A DNA stretch of 32,000 nucleotides, taken from Bdellovibrionales bacterium. Its GTDB lineage: Bacteria > Bdellovibrionota > Bdellovibrionia > Bdellovibrionales > UBA1609. The stretch covers positions 1,230,001-1,262,000 of the forward strand of contig OY843585.1 of assembly GCA_963692945.1 (NCBI GenBank), in the 5' to 3' direction. Below the pieces are notes generated by a model. It saw only the letters and a program-made list of their open reading frames with translations, made no database searches and was not told the DNA's origin. Positions 23,726 through 32,000 of the stretch are shown here, piece by piece. Every line of letters begins with the position of its first letter. Within the stretch, counting starts at the first letter, position 1. The translations under genes and the position numbers were made by a program.

Positions 23726-25459
23726 TCAAATATCTTCCTTTATTATGAATTCATAAGCAAACTTTTCCAAAGGAAGTTTCTTTTCTTCTTCCACAGAATC
23801 TACATTTTCAGACGACACATCCTCAGATGTTACATCCTTGGATGTTGCATCCTTGGATGTTGCGTTTTTTACATCCATCTTTTTTAATTTCATCTTTTTT
23901 TCATTTGATTCTTCCGCTTTTATATCTTTTAATTTTTTAATTTTATTTTTTGAGATTTTCTGTAGCTGACTTTTTAAAGTGGATAAAAAATCTTTATGAA
24001 TAGAACCTCTTATGAAAATACGTCTATCTTTGATCTTTAAATAAGTGATTTTTAACTGTGAAGATTGTTCCACATCAATAGCTTCGGTTACAATTTTTAA
24101 TTGATTCATAGGACTCTCTTTAGAAACCTTTTCCTTAATCAACTTTTCAACCTCTAATAAAACCTCCTTATCTTCTAAATATCCTTTCACCTTATCCACA
24201 CTCACCTGACTTTTCCTAAGAGAAGCAATTTTTTTTCCATAATCCACAAAAACATCTTGCATCTTATCTACCAGATGTAGGCTTTCTTGATTCCGAATAA
24301 AAACATAAACAGAAAAAAGAAATAGAATCATAAAAAATCCAATAAAAGTAGATTTCCATTTTTTAGGAATCAATTGAAAATTTTGTTTATTCAAACTGTG
24401 AAGAAAATTCACTCCTCCATAAGGAGGTCTCTTAAAGCCTTCCATAGCTAAACCTATGGGTATAAGTAAATTTTGATTTTTAGATTCGGACAGATCAAAG
24501 GTCTTTATATCTCGGAGATTTTTAAGTCGTGAAAAATAAGAAGAAGATTCTGTTGATAAATAAGCAGAAAGATTTTTAATAACTGAAGCTGGACCGAATA
24601 TAAAATTTTCTTGAAACTTAATTTTACTCTCTGTTTCAAGAGACAGTTTTAACAATTTAAATTGATGAATTAAAGACTTTAATTCTTTTTCTATAAGATC
24701 TGAAAAAAACACTTGCTCTTTTGTAAAACCTTTCTGGCTTGTCAAAATAAAAGATTTTTCAAAAAATTGATCTATAGAATTTTCAAGGGACAATTTGTAT
24801 TTATTAGACATTTGTTCAATGATAGAAGCAGCTCCCCACTCTAAATTGGAAATGCTATTTAAATGCCCTTCTTTAAAAACTAAAACAATACTCCCATGAA
24901 ACCCTAAATAAATATACAGAGCATTCTTAATGCCACGAATGCTTTTTGTGGCATTGTAATTCCAACCACTAATAATATTCATTAAAGCAATCCCTTCAAC
25001 ACTTAAAAGATAAGGTTTTGTTTTTAAAGATTCAGAAAATTTTAAAAAATCTTGAATATTACTTTCAGGCGTTACAAAACAGGTTACATAACTATTATTA
25101 TTTGTAATTTTTGTGATTCTTCCATCATAAAAAGTTTTATCAGAACGAAAAGGAGATTTGTCTTCAATTTGAAATGGAAGAGTCTTTAAAATTTTAAACT
25201 TTTCTTTAAATGGAAATTCTATTGAAAAACCACTCACTTGATTTTGAGCTAAACCGTAACAAAACCGAACAGGTTCGTTTCTGTACTTTTCTTCTAAAGT
25301 TTGTAGGTACTCAAGAATAATTATTTGCTTGTGTTCTTCCTGACTTTGAGAAACAAAAACATGATTATGGCTGTTTTTTATTTTAAGGGAGCCTCTATGC
25401 AAATCAAGCTCTACAACATTAAACCCTTGTGAATGAATATGTATTCCAATACTAATCAT
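23726..25459 (-). CDS. gspL: Putative type II secretion protein L (PilM/actin-like N-domain, TM, periplasmic domain)
   Basis: N-terminus MISIGIHIHSQGFNVVELDL resembles the PilM/GspL cytoplasmic domain start. Central TM (FIGFFMILFLFSVYVFI). Position between gspK and gspM. Confidence 0.55.
   Translation of the reverse strand: MISIGIHIHSQGFNVVELDLHRGSLKIKNSHNHVFVSQSQEEHKQIIILEYLQTLEEKYRNEPVRFCYGLAQNQVSGFSIEFPFKEKFKILKTLPFQIEDKSPFRSDKTFYDGRITKITNNNSYVTCFVTPESNIQDFLKFSESLKTKPYLLSVEGIALMNIISGWNYNATKSIRGIKNALYIYLGFHGSIVLVFKEGHLNSISNLEWGAASIIEQMSNKYKLSLENSIDQFFEKSFILTSQKGFTKEQVFFSDLIEKELKSLIHQFKLLKLSLETESKIKFQENFIFGPASVIKNLSAYLSTESSSYFSRLKNLRDIKTFDLSESKNQNLLIPIGLAMEGFKRPPYGGVNFLHSLNKQNFQLIPKKWKSTFIGFFMILFLFSVYVFIRNQESLHLVDKMQDVFVDYGKKIASLRKSQVSVDKVKGYLEDKEVLLEVEKLIKEKVSKESPMNQLKIVTEAIDVEQSSQLKITYLKIKDRRIFIRGSIHKDFLSTLKSQLQKISKNKIKKLKDIKAEESNEKKMKLKKMDVKNATSKDATSKDVTSEDVSSENVDSVEEEKKLPLEKFAYEFIIKEDI
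23811..23870 (-). repeat. 15-bp in-frame tandem repeat (about 4 degenerate copies) near the gspL 3' end
   Basis: + strand reads gacgacacatcctca/gatgttacatccttg/gatgttgcatccttg/gatgttgcgtttttt. Encodes KNATSKDATSKDVTSEDVSS. Confidence 0.8.
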
Positions 25460-25492
25460 ACTGTAAAAATCTCCACTTTACATATTATATCC

Positions 25493-26761
25493 TTAAAGGT
25501 TTTCTTTCCAATACATTATAAAGAAAGGTAAGGGTGCAATAGACTTTGGTAGGCTCAACTTATCTTTTTTCTTTTCTTTCTTTTGCCCCGTTTGAGGAGG
25601 AGAGTTTTGAAAGTCATCCGTGTTTTCATTATAGAGTTTCTTTTGAATCTCTACAGATTTCTTATAATTTTCTATGGCTTGCAAAGGATCGTAAACTAGA
25701 GATTCTGTATAGGTAGTGATTTTTCTTGAACGAGCTAGTCCTTCTATACGAAAATGGGACACCGTATTAAACTGAAACATTTCTAATGTCTCATATTCTC
25801 TTTGGAAATCTTCGCAAAGTGCCAAAGACCTTTCTCTCAAATAACTGCAAAAATTTTCTACATCTTTAAATGGAGCATATTCACTACTACCAAATGTTGT
25901 ATAACGACGAATTTCATCCACAATCATTTCGGATAGATTGAGAGCCTCTAAAACTTCCCGACTTGCATAATTGAGGTTTAAACCTTTAGAACCATAAGCT
26001 GTAATATGAGGCTCTAAAAGTGTGTAAATTTCTTTTGTCACACCTGGGACTTCTTGAATCTCCTCAATATATATAAAAGACCTATTGAAAGGATATTTAC
26101 CTTCCTCAACAGATTCTTCACTACCACCATTTTGACTGTCATTATCTCTATCTGACCAATCGGAGATATTATTTAAAATCTCCCTTACATCAGAAACATC
26201 ATATTTATCTTTGAGTTTAGAATCTTTTTCTATAGAAAAAACAAGAAGATTTAAAAGAGTGTTAAAAGTAAATTCACGAAGATAATCAAGAGGAACTGAA
26301 AGATCATTTACATCCAATCGTCCATCTTCTGGATAGATCTTTACACTATAAGATTCTTTTAAAAAAGATTTCGCCGTTAAATCTTGAAGTGATTTTTTAT
26401 CACTACCTGAAATGTTTTCTGATACAGGTAAAGGCCACACTAAAGGGACAGACCATATTAAATCTATATAAGGTTTTACAAGATCAGTCACTTGTTGATT
26501 GACTCCAATTACTTTTTTAGCCTCCTTATAGATAAACAAACGTAGTAAAGACATTTCCATTCCCGACCTTGCACTATAACGAGATTTCAATTCTGCCAAT
26601 TGCTGATAAGAAGAAGAGTGCTCTAGTCTCGACTCCATCCATATATTTTGTATAAAAACGAGCAAAATAGTAGAAACAGCCAAAACAGAAATAAGAGCAG
26701 CTCCTTTTTTTTGATGAGTCTTTTGATGAAAAAATGAAAAAAATATTTTAATTCCTTTCAT
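25493..26761 (-). CDS. gspK: Type II secretion minor pseudopilin K
   Basis: N-terminus QKKGAALISVLAVSTILLVFI is GspK-type (no Glu at +5). Large periplasmic body. Position after gspJ with a 14-nt overlap. Confidence 0.65.
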   Translation of the reverse strand: MKGIKIFFSFFHQKTHQKKGAALISVLAVSTILLVFIQNIWMESRLEHSSSYQQLAELKSRYSARSGMEMSLLRLFIYKEAKKVIGVNQQVTDLVKPYIDLIWSVPLVWPLPVSENISGSDKKSLQDLTAKSFLKESYSVKIYPEDGRLDVNDLSVPLDYLREFTFNTLLNLLVFSIEKDSKLKDKYDVSDVREILNNISDWSDRDNDSQNGGSEESVEEGKYPFNRSFIYIEEIQEVPGVTKEIYTLLEPHITAYGSKGLNLNYASREVLEALNLSEMIVDEIRRYTTFGSSEYAPFKDVENFCSYLRERSLALCEDFQREYETLEMFQFNTVSHFRIEGLARSRKITTYTESLVYDPLQAIENYKKSVEIQKKLYNENTDDFQNSPPQTGQKKEKKKDKLSLPKSIAPLPFFIMYWKENL

Positions 26762-27695
26762 CAGAATTCCTTTTTGTTGGGGGAGAAATAAAAGGATGAA
26801 CTCTTGTTGATGCTCTTGGAATTCCTATGGGTGGTTGCCTATCAAAAGATTTTAGATCCTTTTCATCCTTATTTCCTCTATTGGGTTCATTTTTAGTATT
26901 GACGGTTCCCTTCTTTTTATTTTTAACAAAAGAGAGTATTCTTTGTAACTGATGTTTTTGATTTCTCAATAGAGGGTAAGATAAAGGAAAAATATGGGAT
27001 TCTTTATAAAGTTTTTTACCTTTCCACTCTACATCCATTTTTATAAATTCTGGAAGCCATTTTGAAAAGGATGCATTGCCTTGAAAGTTTTCATAAGAAC
27101 TGACATCCCATTCTTTAAGCCATTCTTTTTCTTCTCTGTTATAATAAAAAAAATTAAAAGACTGAATTCCTCTCAATATAACATAGGTATTTATAATTTC
27201 TCTATCATCTCTAAAACGAACAATAGATCTTAGTAAACATTGAGTTTTCTTGTCTGTTTTTAAATCTCTGCATTCTTGTAAAAAATAGTGAACTCTAATC
27301 AATTGATAAGCCTTCTCTCCATTTGTAGATTCCACCAATGAAAAAGTAACAAATTTGAACTCCTGCTCTTTTCCAAAAAAATCAAACTCTGGATTTGAAA
27401 TAAAAAGGTCTGGATTCTCTTTATTTCCATCTGAAACATTCTTCTTCTCCTTTAAAGAATAAAAGTATTCAAGATTTTTATTAAAATCAAAAAATGTAGT
27501 CATCCCGTTAATATCTTGAGTTACAACTTCTAAAGTGTTTGAAATTTCTCTTTGAGATTTAACATCTCTACTGATTTTCTTTTTATACCTAAAAGACATA
27601 CGAACCATCTGAGTTATAAAAATCATCATTATAGAAAAAAGCGTAACGGCAACAAGTATTTCTAAAAGAGTCAGTCCTTTTTTTGAAAAAATCAT
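26748..27695 (-). CDS. gspJ: Type II secretion minor pseudopilin J (extended)
   Basis: Prepilin-type N-terminus SKKG/LTLLEILVAVTLFSIMM. ATGA overlap with gspI. Basic low-complexity C-terminal extension. Confidence 0.6.
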   Translation of the reverse strand: MIFSKKGLTLLEILVAVTLFSIMMIFITQMVRMSFRYKKKISRDVKSQREISNTLEVVTQDINGMTTFFDFNKNLEYFYSLKEKKNVSDGNKENPDLFISNPEFDFFGKEQEFKFVTFSLVESTNGEKAYQLIRVHYFLQECRDLKTDKKTQCLLRSIVRFRDDREIINTYVILRGIQSFNFFYYNREEKEWLKEWDVSSYENFQGNASFSKWLPEFIKMDVEWKGKKLYKESHIFPLSYPLLRNQKHQLQRILSFVKNKKKGTVNTKNEPNRGNKDEKDLKSFDRQPPIGIPRASTRVHPFISPPTKRNSDERN

Positions 27696-28240
27696 AAAGG
27701 AATCTCTTTTTGTAAAGTATTTGCATTTCCTAAAGAAGGAACCATTTTTGAAATTATATTTTGAATGTAACTAGGAACATCTCCATAATTTACAAAATAA
27801 GACACCAAAGAATAATCTGCACTTCTATTTGCTTTTTCATAAGTAACGGTCAATTTTAACTCTACCACAGCATTGGTCAAAACTTCTATTATCAAATGAA
27901 CCACTTCCCTATTACTATCTGTTTGAGGAAGACCTTGAAGTGATAATAAAGTTAAAGCGGAAGGCATTTTCAAGCTTTGAGTCTCATATCTCCAAATGTA
28001 ATTTTTTTCCTCTTCAAAAACTCCTTTATCTTCAGAAGGTAATTTAAAAATATTTTCATTTTTATATTCAGCCTCTATCTCAGACATTTTTTGCTGTAAT
28101 AATTGAGCTGCTTTTTGAATGTTCCGACTTTTTTCAACTCTCTTAAAACTTCCCGAAGTCACTTGAGAAATAATAGCTATCATTCCTCCAAAAATAAGAA
28201 TAGAGCCTAAAACTTCAAGTAAAGTAAAACCTCTCTTCAT
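27692..28240 (-). CDS. gspI: Type II secretion minor pseudopilin I
   Basis: MKRG/FTLLEVLGSILIFGGMIAI is a canonical prepilin cleavage and methylation site. 4-nt overlaps with both neighbours. Confidence 0.6.
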   Translation of the reverse strand: MKRGFTLLEVLGSILIFGGMIAIISQVTSGSFKRVEKSRNIQKAAQLLQQKMSEIEAEYKNENIFKLPSEDKGVFEEEKNYIWRYETQSLKMPSALTLLSLQGLPQTDSNREVVHLIIEVLTNAVVELKLTVTYEKANRSADYSLVSYFVNYGDVPSYIQNIISKMVPSLGNANTLQKEIPL

Positions 28241-28788
28241 AAACTCTCTTTAATCTCTCTCATGTTTTTTTCTTTCTCTAAAAGTTGAAACTCTTTTTGA
28301 ACAGGATCTACATACAAAGTCCACTTCCCTTGATTATCTGATCTTAAAAATTGTATGGCTAATTCTTGAGATAAACCCTTTGGATAATAGTAAATATAAA
28401 CCATCCCAGAAGTTTTCGCTTTTTCCCAAACCATCGACTCCACAGAATCTATATTAAGAAGAGGGTGAATTTTTTGAGGTTCATCAAAAAAGTTATCATC
28501 TAAAGTAAAAACCTTTCCCTCTTTTTTATTTGCCACCTGCTTTTCAACCCAAAATTCATCAACCCCCTCTGGATTTAAATTCAAAGCCAACCGATAAATA
28601 TTCCTATGCAATTCAGAAGATATATATAAACGACGGTTCAAGTGGATCAATTGATTAAAAGTACTACCAATTTTTCTTTCCGCAGAAAATATTCTTCTAG
28701 AAGCTAAGGTGAAAAGAAAAACCATGATAAAAAGAACAACCAGAATTTCAAGAAGTGTAAAAGCTTTTTTTGATTTAAGAAAAAGCAC
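28237..28788 (-). CDS. gspH: Type II secretion minor pseudopilin H
   Basis: GTG start preceded by AGGGG. N-terminus KSKKA/FTLLEILVVLFIMVFLF. Position between gspG and gspI. Confidence 0.55.
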   Translation of the reverse strand: MLFLKSKKAFTLLEILVVLFIMVFLFTLASRRIFSAERKIGSTFNQLIHLNRRLYISSELHRNIYRLALNLNPEGVDEFWVEKQVANKKEGKVFTLDDNFFDEPQKIHPLLNIDSVESMVWEKAKTSGMVYIYYYPKGLSQELAIQFLRSDNQGKWTLYVDPVQKEFQLLEKEKNMREIKESL

Positions 28789-28829
28789 AGTACCCCTTTA
28801 AAAGGTCAGATAAGATCTCAAAGAAAATT

Positions 28830-29243
28830 TTAATCTCTGGAGGATATATCTTTATTAAAACTATCCCCACCTGGACGCCTATCTGCCCCTTGACTAATAA
28901 TCTCATAATCGTTTATTTCTGCATCATATTCATAAATCAGTCTATTGTTCCAAGGGTCTTTTGGTATCTTTCCATTTTTTAAATAAGAGTCTGGACCCCA
29001 TGATTCACAATCTTCAACAGGTTTAACAAGGTCTTCCAAAGAAGAGGGATAAAAACCACAGTCATAATTAAATTCTGTAATCGCTTGATCCACAATACCA
29101 ATAACAATTTTTGCTTGAGAAATCTGAGCTTTTTTTCTTCTTTGATTCACTGCCTGACCAACAATCGCAAACAAAAAAGCAATAATGGTTACAACAACTA
29201 AAATCTCAATAAGAGTCATTCCCATTTTATTTTTTAAATTCAC
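28830..29243 (-). CDS. gspG: Type II secretion major pseudopilin G
   Basis: Prepilin N-terminus KMG/MTLIEILVVVTIIAFL and a GspG-type C-terminal region PKDPWNNRLIYEY...YEIISQGADRRPGG. AAGGAG lies 7 nt upstream of an in-frame GTG at 29243, giving the leader MNLKNKMG. The listed 29327 start would overlap gspF and is probably too long. Confidence 0.85.
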   Translation of the reverse strand: MNLKNKMGMTLIEILVVVTIIAFLFAIVGQAVNQRRKKAQISQAKIVIGIVDQAITEFNYDCGFYPSSLEDLVKPVEDCESWGPDSYLKNGKIPKDPWNNRLIYEYDAEINDYEIISQGADRRPGGDSFNKDISSRD

Positions 29244-29304
29244 ACCTATTCTCCTTTTTAAAATTTTATTATAAACTACGCTATTAAAACATAGGTTAGA
29301 CCTT

Positions 29305-30510
29305 TTAAGCAAGGTCTCCAAAAGCACCTAGCATAGGTAACATAACAGAAACTAAAACAAACCCTATTATGCAAGCCATAAAAATCAACATAACTGGACC
29401 TAAAACAGAAGTAAATGCTGTCACTTCTACATCTACTTGACGGTCATAATTTTCACTGATCTCAGTGAGCATCATTTCTAATTCTCCTGTTTTTTCTCCA
29501 ATACGAATCATCTGTAAAACAACAGGAGGAAATTGACCAGACCTTTTTAAAGGGTTTGTAATAGATTCCCCTTCTTTAATATTTTCTCTAGCCACCATAA
29601 TAGCTTCTTTTATGAGTTCATTTTTTACAATATTTTTAACAATATCCATAGATTGTAAAACAGGAATTCCACCAGACATAAGCGTTGATAAAGTTCTAGA
29701 AAAAAGAGAAATGTCAGCAGCCCGTATAAGCCGACCTAAAACCGGTGTTTTTAACATCACTTTATCCCACATGTATTTTCCAGTAGGAGTCCGTTTCCAT
29801 CTCGCAAAAAGAAAAATTCCAAAAACAATTCCCACAATAAGACTTAACCAGTAGCTGACAAGAAATTCACTCAAACCAATAGTTACTTTTGTCATCCAAG
29901 GCAACTTCTCTTGATCCTCAAATAGCTCTGTCACTGTCGGCACAACATAAACACAAAGAACAATCATAATACTGAAAGTTACAAATAATAAAATGGCTGG
30001 ATAAATAAGTGCTGAAATGATTTTGCTCCTTATAATAGATCGTTTTTCTACCAACTGAGCAAGCCTTTCTAAAACAATATCTAAACTACCACTGGTTTCT
30101 CCTGATTCACAAAGAGAGATATAAATGGTGTCAAAAATATGAGAGTACTCTTTCAAAGATAAATAAAAAGGCTTCCCTTCATTCACCTGATTTTTTATAT
30201 TTGTAATACTTGCTGCAAAATAAGGATCATCCATTTGTTGAGAGATAGCATCCAAAGCTTCTACAAGAGGTATATTAGACTTTAAAAGAGTTGAAAGAAG
30301 ACGAGTGAAAACAGATAGTTGTTTTACACTCACCTTTTTTGAAATGAAAGAAATATTTTGAGTTTGATCTTGATCTTTAGCTCGTAACTCTTGTAAAAAA
30401 AAACCACGATTAGAAAGATGATTTCTAGCAGACTTAAGACTATCTGCTTCAAAATCTCCTTTTATAGATTTTCCTTCTTGATCTAAACCTTTGTATTCAA
30501 AAATAGGCAT
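29305..30510 (-). CDS. gspF: Type II secretion inner-membrane platform protein F
   Basis: 401 aa. Starts MPIFEYKGLDQEGKSIKG. Two GspF/PilC-type cytoplasmic repeats and three TM segments. Lies directly after gspE. Confidence 0.9.
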   Translation of the reverse strand: MPIFEYKGLDQEGKSIKGDFEADSLKSARNHLSNRGFFLQELRAKDQDQTQNISFISKKVSVKQLSVFTRLLSTLLKSNIPLVEALDAISQQMDDPYFAASITNIKNQVNEGKPFYLSLKEYSHIFDTIYISLCESGETSGSLDIVLERLAQLVEKRSIIRSKIISALIYPAILLFVTFSIMIVLCVYVVPTVTELFEDQEKLPWMTKVTIGLSEFLVSYWLSLIVGIVFGIFLFARWKRTPTGKYMWDKVMLKTPVLGRLIRAADISLFSRTLSTLMSGGIPVLQSMDIVKNIVKNELIKEAIMVARENIKEGESITNPLKRSGQFPPVVLQMIRIGEKTGELEMMLTEISENYDRQVDVEVTAFTSVLGPVMLIFMACIIGFVLVSVMLPMLGAFGDLA

Positions 30511-30541
30511 ATTGTATTTCCATTTTAACTTTTAAAAAGCA

Positions 30542-32000
30542 TCAAATATCAAGTTGTGTATTTGAAAGAACCTCTTCAATCGTTGTAATACCTTGAGTCA
30601 CTTTTTCTAACCCATGATCTCTAAAAGTAATCATGCCCGATTCCACAGCCGCTTTTTTAATATCTGTCCCACTGGCTTGTTTCAATATAAGAGAACGGAG
30701 ATGATCGTTAACAGTCAATATCTCAGCAATAGCTGTTCGCCCCATATATCCTTTATAATTGCATTGACTACAACCTACCGCCTTGTAAATCACGGACTGC
30801 TTAGGAAAAGAAAGATTTAATGACTTCAATTCTTCTTGATTCGGTTTATGAATCTCTTTACACAAAGGACATAACACTCTAACTAGCCGTTGAGAAAGAA
30901 CACCTAAAAGAGATGTTGCAATTAAAAAAGGTTCACAACCCATATCTATCAACCTAGGAAATACACCTGCTGAATCATTTGTATGTAATGTTGATAAAAC
31001 AAGATGACCTGTCAAAGAAGCATTGATAGCTATTTTCATAGTGTCTATATCTCTAATTTCACCCACCATAATAACATCAGGGTCTTGCCTTAAAATAGAG
31101 CGAAGTCCATTAGCAAAAGTTAAACCTATTTTAGGATTCACTTGAATTTGTCCTATCCCTGAAATTCTCTGCTCTACAGGGTCTTCAATGGTAATGATAT
31201 TACTATCTATAGAATTTATTTTTGATAAAGCCGCATATAAGCTGGAAGATTTACCACTTCCTGTAGGACCTGTTGCCAAAATAATTCCATAACTTTTTTC
31301 TAATAGTTCTGTCAGAGTATTCACACAGTTTTCTGAAAAACCCAATTGATCAATTTTTAAAAAAACTTGAGAACGATCTTGAAGTCGCAAAACCAATCTT
31401 TCTCCAAAAGAGGTAGGAACTGTATTTAAACGAATATCAATATCTTTCCCGGCCAACCTTAAAGGTATGCTTCCATCTTGAGGCAATCGCTTTTCAGCAA
31501 TATTTAACTTACCCATAATTTTCACACGAGAGGTGACAGCATTTTGTAGTCGTTTTTGAATTTTTAAAACAGAATATAAACTTCCATCTACACGAAATCG
31601 GATAACCACTTCTTTTTCATAAGGTTCTATATGAATATCTGAAGCTCTCTCCTTAACCGCTCGCACTAAAATGGTATTGACCAATTTTATAATCGGAGCT
31701 TCATCATGAGCTTCTAATAAATCAATAACAGGGTCACTTAAATTGTATTCTTCGGCTTGAATATCTTCAAAGTCCGTAAAATCTTGGGTGTTTTTTTCAT
31801 AAACACGATTGATGGCTTCTTGAATTTTATAATTAAAACTCATAATAGGCTCAACACGCTTTTTAAATTTTACTTTTAAATTATTAAAAATTTCTAAATT
31901 TAAAGGGTTACTTGTTAAAATTTGAACAAAAGAATCTTGTTCTTTAAAAGGTAAAATGCCATGAACTTTTGCATAATGAATAGGTATATCTGTAACAAGA
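30542..32000 (-). CDS. gspE: Type II secretion ATPase E, 5'-truncated by the window edge
   Basis: Walker A GPTGSGKSS, Walker B region DPDVIMVGEIRD, His box TGHLVLSTLHTN and tetracysteine CPLC...CSQC. The frame stays open upstream of the listed ATG (31843) to nt 31999. That extension (LVTDIPIHYAKVHGILPFKEQDSFVQILTSNPLNLEIF..) looks like the GspE N-terminal domain. Confidence 0.9.
   Translation of the reverse strand, partial: LVTDIPIHYAKVHGILPFKEQDSFVQILTSNPLNLEIFNNLKVKFKKRVEPIMSFNYKIQEAINRVYEKNTQDFTDFEDIQAEEYNLSDPVIDLLEAHDEAPIIKLVNTILVRAVKERASDIHIEPYEKEVVIRFRVDGSLYSVLKIQKRLQNAVTSRVKIMGKLNIAEKRLPQDGSIPLRLAGKDIDIRLNTVPTSFGERLVLRLQDRSQVFLKIDQLGFSENCVNTLTELLEKSYGIILATGPTGSGKSSSLYAALSKINSIDSNIITIEDPVEQRISGIGQIQVNPKIGLTFANGLRSILRQDPDVIMVGEIRDIDTMKIAINASLTGHLVLSTLHTNDSAGVFPRLIDMGCEPFLIATSLLGVLSQRLVRVLCPLCKEIHKPNQEELKSLNLSFPKQSVIYKAVGCSQCNYKGYMGRTAIAEILTVNDHLRSLILKQASGTDIKKAAVESGMITFRDHGLEKVTQGITTIEEVLSNTQLDI

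Noticed and set aside
16949-23870. CRISPR-like or other non-coding arrays among the short tandem repeats
   Set aside because: The 15-bp repeats at 16949-17012 and 23811-23870 are contiguous with no spacers. They are in frame and lie inside clear genes. No repeat-spacer architecture exists anywhere in the window.
29612-30820. Antisense ORFs inside gspF (29612..29854) and gspE (30614..30820)
   Set aside because: They are embedded opposite highly conserved T2SS genes.
21922-32000. Type IV pilus (pilB/C/M/N/O) rather than T2SS
   Set aside because: The cluster contains a GspK-type protein lacking Glu+5 and four consecutive pseudopilins in G-H-I-J-K order. The GspG C-terminal motif (DPW....Y.Y...G.....S.G.D..PGG) is present, and the L-M-N-like bitopic proteins sit in canonical positions. 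No pilT-like retraction ATPase is present. Some residual uncertainty remains for L/M/N.
1-32000. Alternative genetic code (TGA=Trp), as in some very AT-rich bacteria
   Set aside because: Long conserved genes (sucA, lpd, gspE/F) are intact under the standard code, Trp is encoded by TGG, and TGA serves as a stop (for example at the ctaA end).

Overview
Visibly AT-rich chromosomal window from a diderm (Gram-negative-type) bacterium, standard genetic code. I cannot name the organism. There are three blocks. (1) 1-10.25 kb is accessory-looking and almost entirely uncharacterised. On the + strand, a 5'-truncated ORF and an HExxH zinc-protease-like ORF are followed by a tandem array of four paralogous lipoprotein genes, plus a decayed fifth start. 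These show clear gene-conversion mosaicism. Converging on it from the - strand is a tight five-gene operon of exported or membrane proteins: a 602-aa membrane-anchored protein, a secreted protein, an ankyrin-repeat lipoprotein, a lipoprotein and a beta-barrel outer-membrane protein. (2) 10.25-21.9 kb is housekeeping. It starts with a ~600-nt non-coding repeat region containing a decayed partial copy of tRNA-Tyr. Then come tRNA-Tyr and tRNA-Thr, rlmB-like, pyrF and an MscS-family channel (- strand), sucA-sucB-lpd-ctaA (+ strand), and a GlcD-like FAD oxidase and ssb (- strand). (3) 21.9-32 kb is a colinear type II secretion block, gspE (truncated by the window edge) through gspN on the - strand. 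Its minor components are unusually long and carry low-complexity tails. I saw no transposase, integrase, CRISPR array or rRNA. The best candidates for something undescribed are the protease plus lipoprotein-paralog array and the ankyrin-containing envelope operon. Functional ideas for both are inference only.
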